Assembly: GCF_001194135.2 (NCBI RefSeq) | Contig: NC_068990.1 | Span: forward strand, 10,659,486 to 10,723,485 | Direction of reading: 5' to 3' | Source: Octopus bimaculoides | Lineage: Eukaryota | Length of the DNA stretch: 64,000 nucleotides | Part shown: positions 39,656 to 51,898 of the stretch, piece by piece | How the letters are laid out: each line of letters starts with the position of its first letter | Position numbering within the stretch: position 1 is the first letter of the stretch | Notes under the pieces: model-generated | What the model was told of the DNA's origin: nothing | Databases searched by the model: none | What the model saw: only the letters and a program-made list of their open reading frames with translations | Position numbers and translations under genes: made by a program

Positions 39656-40350
39656 CAGCCAAACCTGCACTAATGCCGGCAGTTACATCGACAACTATAT
39701 GGCCAGAAACGATAACCACAGCGATAAAATCGCCGGGTCATTGCGCCTTATCGACAATGTCAGCAACGGTAGTACCAACAGCATCCCAGTCGCTTAGCCT
39801 ACCAGACATATACCAAGAGTGCGAATATAGCCACATCCCATGTTTGTAATTATATCTCCTCGGTTAGTACTTCTTTCAAACGTCACTTCTGCAACCAAAA
39901 GTCATCCTTCAGACTTCCAGAAAGACGTTTTGTTACATCCAAGGCCAGACATGTGTGGCACCTCACAGATCAAGGAACCGCATGGGTTATGAGTTGGAAA
40001 ATAATAGATCATCCGGACACATATATTAATAGTAGTGGCCATTACAAAATCTGCACCGCAGAAAGAACCAAAATTCTTAGTGACTAAGCTAAACGTGGCA
40101 CGTTGAATCGTCGTAAAGGAGTTTTCTCTAAATGTGTCCATTTCAAGCGCTACCAAGTGGAAGATTAGGTATCCCCGTTTGCTGGTTAGGGCATTTCGAG
40201 TCTGTAAGATTTTTCATCTTTTTTTGGTTCAGGGGAGATAACCCGTCCTCATTAACGATTTTGGTTTTACGTTAGCCGTTAAACCTCGATATCTGAGCGT
40301 TTCCTCACTTCCGCGTGGTAGAAAGTGTAATTTTTTGTCTTTGTCTTTGT

Positions 40351-40415
40351 ATAGAGTATGACGAGCTGTCCATAAGGCTAAGGCTTCCGTAGATACGAGA
40401 CCTTCATAGTTCTAT
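40351..40415 (+). ncRNA. Degenerate type-I hammerhead in the PLE 3' UTR
   Basis: AUAGAgu-AUGACGA-GCUGUC...GAUAC-GAGAC-cuucaua-GU-UCUAU. Two core substitutions (C3A, A14G). Its position ~180 nt after the GIY-YIG stop is where PLE HHRs are expected. Confidence 0.5.
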
Positions 40416-40510
40416 GACCAGAACATAACGTTTTGTTTCAATAATTACTACTCTATTCTTTAGTGCTTCTTTTATCGGGAGATATGTTTTATTAACTATA
40501 TGCATGACAT

Positions 40511-40556
<46 letters not shown>

Positions 40557-43148
40557 TTCCCTCTATTTATATATATATATATATATATATAGATTAGACG
40601 TTATATAAATCTATTAATGAATATGTTTTTGTTTACATAATTTCATTAATTCTTTAGACGAAATTCTTATGGTGTATTTAAAAAATACCTATTGTCCATA
40701 TATATATAGATTGTAATGTTTTATTTTAATTTATGAACCGATATAACTATCTAAAGTTTTATATTATCCCGGGTTTTGAAAACACATCATATAATATTGA
40801 AATCTTGAAATTTATTCAGAGAGATATTCACTGGTGTTTGACTTCTATTTGTAACAAATTACATCAGATTATTTCCTGGAGACTGAATCTCTTATTGACT
40901 CGTATTGTATATAATCATCTTATGTGTGCACTGCTAATTAACTAGGGCCAATTTTGCCTCAAGGATGAGCTTAATTTCATCACGAATTTCTCAGCATTAG
41001 AGCAGCATTAATAAATTTATAATTGGCAATATAGTTATCCCCTATTGCTATGTAATCTAATCATAAACATTTATTACAATGTGTTTGTATTAGAGCAAAC
41101 AGGAAAATCAGAAGAAACTAAACAATTGCAATGCCTCTATCCTGAGATTCAATGTGGTTACAGTTTCCTCTGTCGGTTGCGTCGATTTAATGCAAACAAT
41201 CTTATCACGCAAAGTGAAAGAGGGGAATGTACAAAAGACAAACGTGATTTTCGCGTAGTTTCCATCTCATTCATCTACATTTCATGATCAAAATTCACTT
41301 TTCGCGAAACAACTAAAGTATTTCCCAATTTTATAAGAAATTTTTCAATTAATACGTTAATAATAAATATTAAGGAAATGTTTAGTTGCGACAATATTCT
41401 TGTATGGTTTTATAGGTTTTGCTCAATCAACTGCGACCATGTTTAGGCAACAATTTAAGGTTTTTCAGAGATACTATTGATATGCTGCGGGACATGAAAA
41501 ATGGGAAATCTTATTAATCAGCGCCAGCATAGAAACAAAACGAAAATACAAGGAGGCGAAGATACAACTTCAAACATATACATATATATACACGGGTAAC
41601 TACAGGCATGCAAACATACATGTATATACGTTGATATATGTGCATGCGTATGTATATGTATCAATATGTATATACATGTGTTATGTGCGCGCGCGTATGT
41701 GTAGTGTGTGCGTGTTTATGTGTGTATGTATATAAGTGCATTTAAGTATATCTATACGTAATGCATTCACTCCCTATCTTGAAAACAGGTGGAAGTAAAT
41801 ACAGAACCGTAACAATCAATCAAAGTAGGTAAAAATGAAGCCAGTGAATGAATCTAGGTAAGCGTCTACTGTCACAACAACAAATATGAATACACTAACA
41901 AGACTTACTCCTAACCAATCTAACCAGAAGATTAGACTGATGCGTATGTCGTGTCAGGAGATGGTAATTTAGGTTCTATTACTTAATGCTTGTGTATGTA
42001 TGCCTGCGTATATGCAGTATGAATATTGAAACACACAGTCATATGCATATAATTACAGAGACACTCAAACATATGTAGTTATATATATATATGTATGTAT
42101 AATAACTTACTGTAATCCCATAATCGATGTTACGTAATGATGGTCAGTTAAGAATAACGTAAGAAGCAAGGAATTATATGAGTGGTTTTGACTATTGGAT
42201 GTACTTAATATTATTAAACATTTTCTCACCTCAGAGGAAATGATAACGTTCAGTAATCCATAAAATATAGCAAATGTACCAAACTATATACGCCAGTGAT
42301 ACAACAATGTAGCTCAAAATTTCTCCAAGTCTCTGAACTCTCATCACTCAAAATGTTGAAGAATTCAATCGCAATCTCCTCATTTACACTTACAGCTATT
42401 TTCCATTTATCAAATTTGATCTATAAATCTTCTAAGCACTATGCTGATGGAACATACTCAAAATTTACTTCAAATTACTTCTTCTTTCGAATTTCAAATA
42501 CTTTCTACGCATCTGTAAGTCATCATAATTTCAACAATTCGTTTGTTGAAGTATTTCCAAAATGTTTATTGTTTAAACTGCAGATGTACCGTCGAAAATT
42601 CTTTCAAGTATTTCTCATGTATTTTATGGATGCGTTTTACAGGCATACTTTTCCATGAATCCTAATTTGTTTTGTCTGATACATCGGTGTGAACTTAACT
42701 TACGTGCGATTGTTTTCCTGAGAAATAAGTGTTCCTGCTTCATAAAACTTAATGAAACATCTTAATGAAACATCGTATAGTATCTCAATATATTATCGAC
42801 TCCATTGTGTAAAATATAAATTTTATGTATTTTAAAATAAAAGTTTCTCGTTCTTTGTTCTCTTTGCAAATTCATTCATGTAATCATAAATGAAGGAGAT
42901 GGCATCCAATAAATTATAATATGTATAGCAACGAATGCAGCGACAGTTAAATGTTGAATTTTTCCCGTTGCATGTTTACGTATAATGTCCAAGCATTTAT
43001 AATTCTCTGAGTAATGAACTGAATTGACTGAAATTGGCAAGATTGTCAACCATATAAATGTATATGTATGTATTTATGTATATATTTGTATGTGTATGTA
43101 TGTATGCATGCATGTATGTATATATGCATGTGTAGATGGATGGATGTG

Positions 43149-43198
<50 letters not shown>

Positions 43199-46055
43199 CA
43201 CTAATATTTGTCGTTTTTCAATTAGTAGTATAATGCTCCCGTAAATCCGGGTATATTGAAAATGTCAGGCTGTGAATTGCACGTAATTTTGTTGGTAGAA
43301 ATTCTAGCCATTGGAATTGGTTTCCTCTTTTCTGATTGAACCATCGAGGCATGTTCTATCGGAGATCAAAATGATCAGCTTACTTACCTCATACGCCATG
43401 TATGCATTGAATACCTACAATGCATCATCGGTAAAGCGCTTTATTTCTACGCATATAATAGCACGCATCATTGATTGCTAACATTCCATCCCAAGTATCT
43501 TCTCTCCAGCATATTATCTGTGTGCAAGTCCTTCATTGGTTATTTCATTCAATGGAAGAGATACAAGCATATCTTCAACATGGAAGTTACAGATATCAGC
43601 AATATCGCTCACTTCCTCATAAGCATGTAAAGCTGGCACATATAAGCTTCAATAACAATGCAATCATTGAAAGAGCGAAAAGTGCATCACAATGATTTTT
43701 CGTGGCCCTCGAAATGAAAAATATTGTAACCTAATAAGCCAACAAACATTTCCGTACCGTAGGTGACTCAAAAATGAAATACTCTATTCTCATTTTGGAC
43801 ATCATAAGTGCTACAGAGAAACATCTGACGATGCATAGAAATGACACAGCCTTAAACGTGTACCTTGAATTCGTGCAGAAATGTGCTGGGTTTCATGTGA
43901 TCATCTCAAGTTTCCTCTTCTATCGCTAATAAGAAATTTCGTGTTCTTCACCTTGTTTTTTAAATGTATATATATATATATACCAACATCTAGGGCGCAC
44001 ATAGCGCCTCTTCTATCAGTTTTCATCAATAACGTAATAGCTAGCGCGCTCCTAATCAAAACCTTAATGAAATTCGTTCCTTTCCAGAGCATTGAATTTA
44101 GACATTCGATTATCGCATATGTTTATTCTGAAACTGCCGACTGGCAATTGTTGAAGATGAAGGTCAACTGCATTGTTCTCGACGGCCTTGGAGAACACAA
44201 GTACAAGGTTTCAGTTTCTAACACAATTTTACACAGGCATAGTACTTGGCGTGTCATCAAATGTTCTACTTGTCGGTTCCTTTAATTTTTCACCCTCTTG
44301 CATTGTGCCTCCTGTTTTGAAAGTCTCCTTTGACAAAAAAAAAAGTAGGTCAGAGTTGAATGATTTACATCGTACATTACGGCATTTGTGTTTGTTGCCT
44401 AATTTAATTCATATAGCAAATCTAGAATTACACTCGTCTACTAACTAAATTTCAATGAATCAAAAGCAACTGAACACAGTCACAATAAATACATTAAGTT
44501 CAGAATGAATGGTTTCTACTACACGATTCCATGCATTTGGAGCGTGTATATTTTCGTTTGCTCAGCTAAAGATAGCAGTAAGAAATCCTTCATATCCCAC
44601 ATGGACATAGAACAAAATACAGTGTAACGTAAGCGAAAACTTTGATTAAAACCGATGTGCGTTTTATCCAAAGCCTAAAATATATCAAAACAATAATGAA
44701 CGTTATAAATATAATGGATCTAATTTCCTGCCACAATTTTTATTACTATTTTAGTCTCGATCAAAACAATTCAAGATGGATATAATAGAGATTCGATAGT
44801 AATGAAATTTTTAGCAGAACCAATTCAGGCCAACAACGGGAAGATAAACAGAAAGCAATATTGTCTTAGAAATCACTAAAATACAATTATGGTACTTAAT
44901 CGGTTTGTACCATATTCAGTGACATAGTTTAGAAGTTTTTCCTTCGAAATATTGTGGTGGGGCAAAATAGGTAATATGTAATTTTGTACAATCTTTTACG
45001 TTGCAAGTATTGCATCACATTTGTGAATAAAAATTGAACAGCATAGTTGTTGCTCACGTTGAAGCAGTTTGAGTCATAGTTAACCGTTTTTTTTTCTTTC
45101 TAGAAATGTTTACTTACTTTTAGACCGATGTAATTGAGGCTGCCAATATAATATCGCGATAATTACTGGTGTTAAACAATCAAACTTCTTTTCCTTGTTG
45201 AATTCCAAGCAATTTTGTTTCCACACTAATGTCTAATTTCATAATTACCAATTTTCAAAAATTGATGTCTACAGTACCTAAAATGAGTAAAGACTTCAAC
45301 ACTTCATTGTCTTTACGTGCGTGGTGCGCAAATATATCAAGGAGAGATTCATTGCAGAAGACCTTGGAGACGCTATTGAGAATATTTCTGTGTTGAGCTT
45401 CAAAATTTAGCGAATTTAATATCATGGGTTATTCTCCATGATCCTCTTCCATTTGACCAAAACATTTAAAACTTTTGTCGCAGTTTAGATTTTTTTAATG
45501 TCTAAGGATGGATATTGATATGTATGAGTAACTTTTTTAAAAGAAGTACAATTCTTGAGGGCTAAAGATAGGAGATTAATTTTATTAGTCTTACTCAATT
45601 TGCCCCACCACGTTATTAGAGTTACAATATTAAGTGATTTATACCCGATGATTATATTAATAACGATACTGACAGTAATAGTTGTAGTAGTAGTAGTAAA
45701 TATTGATAGACAAATACATACATATACATATATGTGTGAATTCATATGTAATATATNNNNNNNNNNNNNNNNNNNNNNNNNNNNNNNNNNNNNNNNNNNN
45801 NNNNNNNNNNNNNNNNNNNNNNNNNNNNNNNNNNNNNNNNNNNNNNNNNNNNNNNNNNNNNNNNNNNNNNNNNNNNNNNNNNNNNNNNNNNNNNNNNNNN
45901 NNNNNNNNNNNNNNNNNNNNNNNNNNNNNNNNNNNNNNNNNNNNNNNNNNNNNNNNNNNNNNNNNNNNNNNNNNNNNNNNNNNNNNNNNNNNNNNNNNNN
46001 NNNNNNNNNNNNNNNNNNNNNNNNNNNNNNNNNNNNNNNNNNNNNNNNNNNNNNN

Positions 46056-46086
<31 letters not shown>

Positions 46087-47569
46087 TTATATATGTCTGT
46101 TGATATATGTATATATGCATGTGTATGCATGCATGTGTATGTGTGTATGTATGTATATATGCATAGATAAGTATGCCTGAATAGATGTACGTTTGTACCC
46201 TACGTTAATTTTCTGTTACACAAACTTGATTATATGCACACTATATGTATATTATACCCTAATCTCATCCTGTATCAGAAATTCGCTGAGCAGAATTGCA
46301 TTTGTTACATTGAAGGGAATCTAAATAAAAATAAAATCCATTACGTTTCCCCTTCTAAATCTGGGAGCTTGACGCAATATTTCTACTTTCACATTGATGA
46401 TCCCCTACACACAGTAACAGGTTATCAGAAGATGATTCACGAACCTACAGCGCTAATAGAATTACAGTATCGCCTGCATTATAAAGTTTCTTCCAGAAAT
46501 AATATATTCATTGTGATCAACTGTCTTTCTCTTTTAAAACACTGAGAAATATTTCAATATACTAGATATGAAAATGAAATTAGTGTCTCAAATCCATAGC
46601 TGTCAATATGAGTATTCAGCTAACGCAGACTCCATTTTGTGCATTTGAGGATCAAATATACAAGCTTATTTCTTGAATAACTGAACAAAATGTATCAACA
46701 CCACATAAGAACCCTGAATATACGAGGTTGCTAAAAAGGTAAGTTAGTGGTTAAGTATCTAAAATGGAAAGCTTTGTTTCTATAAGGATACTGTTACTGT
46801 TACATTTAGAGAAGTCTATAAATCAATCGCACGAAATTATACCTCCAAAATGAAAGACATTAAAAATGCTGAAGCTAATATGTTGATGATACTTAGCAAG
46901 ATAAATAGCGTAACAACACAACTGAAATTCAAAGCTTAAGAAGCTTAAGCAAATTACATATTAAGAAGATTAGAAACTATACTGGTTTCATACTCTGATG
47001 ACAGATATTCTGTGCTCGTTATGGTTTAACAAATGTTAGGAACTTCTTAAGAATAGTTCAAATTATTTGTTAACAAAACAAATGTTCAACTTTCTATTGA
47101 TCTAAATCTTAAGCTAAATATATACGTTTAGCACCATTGAAATCTTAGAAGCTGATATGATATGGCAAGTAAAATGCAGATGATTTTTAACACGAACATT
47201 CATAGAACCAGAGACGACAGAAATAAGGTAAAATGAGTTTAAAATAGAAAGAATTATGAATATAGAATAGAAAATGCTAATTTCACAACAATAGCTTCAT
47301 GTCTATGATGGCAAAAAATGTTTCGAAAGCATTAACGGTAAAAATTAACCCTATAATTACATTGATTTTTATTGTCGATCTTTTTACTCTTCTATAACTT
47401 CTATTTACAAGCAAGACATGAAATATGTCTTTTGAGAACTTGCGGCGAAAAATATTGTGAAAATAGGCCCAAAAAGGATTGCTTGCATCGTTATGACTTG
47501 GGAGAATCATTACGCCAATAATAACTAACGTAGGCACTGGTCCAATATCAGTTCTTTCTTGCTAGACAA

Positions 47570-48125
47570 TCGGTTAATTGCTGCTCATAAATAAGCTGAA
47601 ACATTTCTGTGCATTGCATTTTTGATGGTGTATTTTCTTTTGTGTTTTGCGATTTCTTAAGGTGTAAATACGCTTTGAACTGACAACACTCATTTATTAA
47701 TTTGTGGTTACTATCGTCTTTGTAATGCGATATCAGTTAGGTACTGTCCTCATCAAATTCTGAATTGTTCATCAATTCTGACGGAAACTTGAACCTTTTC
47801 GCAATCTGCTGATATGGCTCCCTCTTCTTGCTTAACTGAATTATCGAGCAGTCATAGACTTGATTTAGAATTTCTGTCCTAAATTTTTCATCCCCTTTCA
47901 AAGAAGCCCTATGGAATCACTTGTTCCATCTGCAAATTTCTTCGTAACAATGCGTTTTGAAACATCAGAATAATTTGATGTGATATATTCACATAAACCT
48001 TTTGCTACTGATTCATAGTGTGCACTCCTGTCGGTTGAATTTTCTCACAGTTTTTTAACATACGAAAACAAAGATGCTAGCAGAAGGTAATCTTCAAATA
48101 CATCAAACCCAGACTTTGGAGTTTC
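47570..48125 (-). mobile_element. hAT transposase remnant (ZMYM1-like family)
   Basis: Minus strand: FDVFEDYLLLASLFSYVKKL*ENSTD..SKRIVTKKFADG..EKFRTEILNQVYDC.IIQLSKKRE.Y.QIAKRFKF..LINECCQFKAYL..LIYEQQL. This is the pre-dimerisation-domain region of ZMYM1-like hAT transposases. Confidence 0.7.
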
Positions 48126-48208
48126 GTACTTGTTTTGCTATTTCTAGCATGTGGAGAGAACTTCTAGACTTAACTTCATGCCCTGGTTGAAAATCGCCTA
48201 CCAAAAAT

Positions 48209-48545
48209 TCTAGCGTCGATACATTCGACTAAAAATTCTTCAAGGCGGTGCCCCCAAAATTACCGCATTCTAATTATTTAAGAAGTACAAGGGAAAAAAA
48301 ATAATAAAACGAAATATATTACTGAGATTATTTTGACTTGACTTAGAAAAATACTCTGGGTTCCATACAGTCGTCTAAAAAGACTATAAGGTGGTGCCCC
48401 AGCATGGTCGCAGTCTAATAACTGCAACAAGTAAAAAGGAAAAAAAATCTGGGGTCGGCACGTTCAACTAAAAACTTTCAAGGAGGTACCCCACCGGCAA
48501 GTACCCCACCACCAAATGACTGAAACAGGTAAAAGGGGGATAAAA
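48209..48545 (+). repeat. Three tandem, diverged SINE 3'-tail units
   Basis: Units at ~48209, ~48355 and ~48449 each read [CTGGGGTCG..TCGACTAAAA..CAAGG.GGTGCCCC..GCAGTC.AAT.ACTG.AACA.GTAAAA]. Unit 3 shares CAAATGACTGAAACAGGTAAAAG exactly with the reverse complement of the 2663-3098 tail. Confidence 0.75.
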
Positions 48546-49628
48546 ACGAAACATAATCGAAAAATATAACCGAGGGTTTTTTGTCCACTTTCAAGTTCAC
48601 CATCAACCACATTTTCACTTTCTGTCACAGATGCGCTGGTGGAGGGGAAGGTTGTTTATTTATTTATTTTCGAAAAATTGAAATTTTACAAGAATTTTTC
48701 CAGAATCATAATTTCCGTGTTTCTCGGCATGTTTCGCCGAAAGACTTTCTAAAAAAAGTGAAAAGGGAAGGGGGTAGCGGGGAGGGGTGGGGTTTGGCTG
48801 AATTAAAATTTTGAAATTCCGATTTCGTATGCAGATTCAGAATCTCTGCAGTCGAAAAAGTGTGTTTCTGTACAACTCCCCTCCCCCAAAACCGGAAGTG
48901 AGTACGGTCCATGTTCTTTACATCTGCCTGGCCCTATTGCCAGTTATTTTAGTAGTTTTGCCACGCTGTAAGAATTATTTCATGCATGACATAATATATT
49001 CATTTCTACTTTACTTGATATGATTCCTCTCAAATTTAATTTCACAAGGTGCTTCTGTGACAAACTGTTATTATATATTACACAAAAGGGAAAACAAGTA
49101 ATTTTTAAATCCCATTATACATTTCTACAATAAAAAATTATTCCTATTATACATTTTAAATGACTGAAAATCTCCCTATCTGTTCAAAGTTCTGATTTGC
49201 TTTTTCACACATGCGCTTGTAGTGTTTGGCTTTTTCGTCATACTGAAAATACAGTACAAGAGAAGAAAGAGATTATTTTTAAAAATTAGATTTGAAAATG
49301 TTTCAGAATGTAAAATACAATAAAATTATTTCAAATTCGTAAAACAAGGAAAAAAACAACAAGAAATCAGAACTTACTCATTTTGCCCGAGTTTGCTACT
49401 TTGTACTGAAGAAAATTGTTAGATCTAAAACTGTAACATTTGAACATATATGCAATAATTTTAAATTAAAAAAATAAAAGTGCTTTCAGCTGTTGAGAGA
49501 TGTAATTTCATAGTTACAAAACAAAAATAAATCAAAATCTAAATTTTGGAACATATCTTGTATTTACCTGTTAGGAAGATTTCGAAGACTTGCTAAAACA
49601 GTAACGCTCAGCAGTGCTAATGTGGCCG

Positions 49629-49659
<31 letters not shown>

Positions 49660-50559
49660 TTGTGTGTGTGTGTATGTGTGTGTGCGTGTGTGTGTGTGTG
49701 CCTATTTGTTTTGAAACGGTCAGTTTTAGGTCATCATTGATCAGTCGCATTAGAGACAGGAATTCAGTTTATTTCTCTATACATTCATACACACACACAT
49801 GCATACAAACTCACGCAAACATACTTAAATGCATACATACACACACACATCTACATACATACATACATACATACATACCTACCTTACACACATACATACA
49901 TACATACATACATACATGCTTTTTACTTTTCTTTGTCACTTACCTAGAACCTTGCTGCTCTTGGAGACGGAACTTAAACAAGAGAGAATAAAACTTTTTT
50001 CTGTATATTTCTTTTAAACGCTATATATATATATATATANNNNNNNNNNTATATATATTCCCGCACAAAAACACACAAACGCACATATATACATGCACAC
50101 ATGTTTGTTTTTCGCTTTTCTTTGTCGTTTCACTGGCACCATCCTGTTTTAGGGGACTGGTATAGCGGCAAAACTTTTTTCTCAGTCTATTTCGTTTTAT
50201 CGGCCCCTGTCTGCATGGCAAAATATAAAAAGAAAAATATTGACAGATTGAAGAAATTAAGTTGATTAGAGGAGCTCCTCAGGTATTAGGGAACCTGAAG
50301 GTTAAGTTTCATTAGTTATACAGTAGATGCGCCACTGCTGACATCATAAAAAGATGATCATTTCCTACATGAGGAAGTGATTGGGGCTTTCTAACAACTG
50401 CTCTGTAGAAACTCTGCATTTAAAAGACGGAATAGTTCGTACCTTCTTAGCATGCTAGATTATTTCAGTATCGTGTATACCATTTTGCCAAATTAATAAG
50501 TTTTAAAATCAAACTATGGCAGATTATACGTAATTTTGCTGAAAGTCACGGTTATGTAT

Positions 50560-50680
50560 AAGCGCAAGTGTTTAAGTTGGCTGCATATTTTATATACCCC
50601 GAAAGATAAATGCAAATTCTATCCCGGAGGGATTTGAACTCACGATGCTATAGGATCTAATCGCAAACTGTATTGCAAAT
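50560..50680 (-). mobile_element. Decayed SINE fragment
   Basis: ACCCCGAAAGATAAATGCAAA..CCCGGAGGGATTTGAACTCA parallels ACCCCGAAAGCATGAAAGGCAAAG..GAATTTGAACTCA at 38497-38545. Confidence 0.55.
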
Positions 50681-51799
50681 AACACATCCTGTACATGTGT
50701 TCAAATGAAAGAATAGTGATATGGGAATTGTGAATCACTATTGAACATCTTGCTGAATGGAATAATAATACAAATCTATAGAACGTGCGTTATCTTTATA
50801 TGTGCTTTTGTGTCCGTCTGTTCACTGTTAGCACGTAACAATAAAGAAACCGTATATATTTGTCCTTTGTTGCTTTAACAAACTACACAGACTTTATACT
50901 CTTGTTATTGACAAGAATTGATACAATTGTTATCGAGGGGAAAATATATATATATAAGAAAATACAAGACAGGCTTAATGAAATTGCATTACAGAAAGCA
51001 AAAATCACCGGAAAATTACTTTTGAAGTTTATGATTACAAGAAGATAGTCTAATTGGAAGATTTGGCTTCATAGCTTTAATCTAAACTGTTACATGTTTA
51101 GTAATCAATTAGACTTTCTAGTTATCTATTATTTCCCTGCTTCTTGCTTTGTTTGTCAAAAGCATGAAGATAAAAGATATGCTGATACAGTTAGGCGCAT
51201 ACTAGAACACATACGCTTTCATATCCACACAGACACGTGCACATACACAAACACACACACACACGTACATGCATACACAAACAATTAAGTATATATGACA
51301 CATTCAAAGACGTAGTCGTACATTAGTAGAGACCTTTCACCAACACATATCTTTCACATGTGGCGTTACGAAGTTTTGTTCGTATGTGCCTGTATGAGTG
51401 TAAATTTGCATACAAATATACACATCTGCACATACTTATATACGAATATTTTGTTTGGTTTCAGTGTGTATGACTGCGTGATTGTGTTTCTGTGTGTGTT
51501 ATGTGTTGCCTGCACGTACTTCTGTTGTGTGCATTTGTCTGTTTCAATTTGGAGGCATAAGATGATTCCGCATTAAAGGACATATCAATCCTAAATGATA
51601 TTAAGACATGCTGCCTGGAAGCAAATGACGATTGTTGGTGCGTGACATAATATTGAATAATAACAAGTTAATTTTAGGAGCGTCTGTAAAAGTAAACTAA
51701 AACAAAATCATGGGATTAAAATATAGTTAATTTGCAGATATGTTCCACAACCTTCTCATGTTACTGTCGTGGAGTGGGAATAGCGAAATTCGCCGACAT

Positions 51800-51898
51800 T
51801 TCTTCTTCTTCTTCTTCTTCTTCTTCTTCTTCTTCTTCTTCTTCTTCTTCTTCTTCTTCTTCTTCTTCTTCTTCTTCTTCTTCTTCTTCTTCTTCTTC
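51800..51898 (+). repeat. (TTC)n microsatellite abutting the end of the R4/Dong RT segment
   Basis: Direct reading of the sequence. Confidence 0.97.

Larger units (their letters stand above)
39085..40500 (+). mobile_element. Penelope-like element 3' fragment: linker, Cys motif, split GIY-YIG endonuclease, 3' UTR with hammerhead
   Basis: INFKIL (39166-39183, cf. HNxKIL); CSYRLYNNCPAGGRGETEGVFYEDKVT (39200-39280, cf. CxCRxxxxCPLxGxC..GVIYxAxVT); after the insert, YISSVSTSFKRHFCNQKSSF..RHVWHL..SWKII..ICTAERTKIL..LNRRKGVFSKCVHFKRY (39851-40168), the typical PLE GIY-YIG body. Confidence 0.82.

Noticed and set aside
39760-39816. SNGSTNSIPVA / DIYQ as the PLE Cys motif and GIY strand
   Set aside because: A much better CxC..CP..G..GVxY match lies at 39200-39280 in frame with the YIG half, so this resemblance is judged coincidental.
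47283-47560. GPCR TM7/helix-8-like string NDASNPFWAYFHNIFRRKF on the minus strand
   Set aside because: NPxxY spacing is off by one, no other TM segments are present, and it abuts a hAT remnant; probably chance.
50247-50282. 36-nt AG..GT-bounded micro-exon IEEIKLIRGAPQ resembling a PDZ first strand
   Set aside because: Weak polypyrimidine tract, very short, and no partner exons found; not supportable without RNA-seq.
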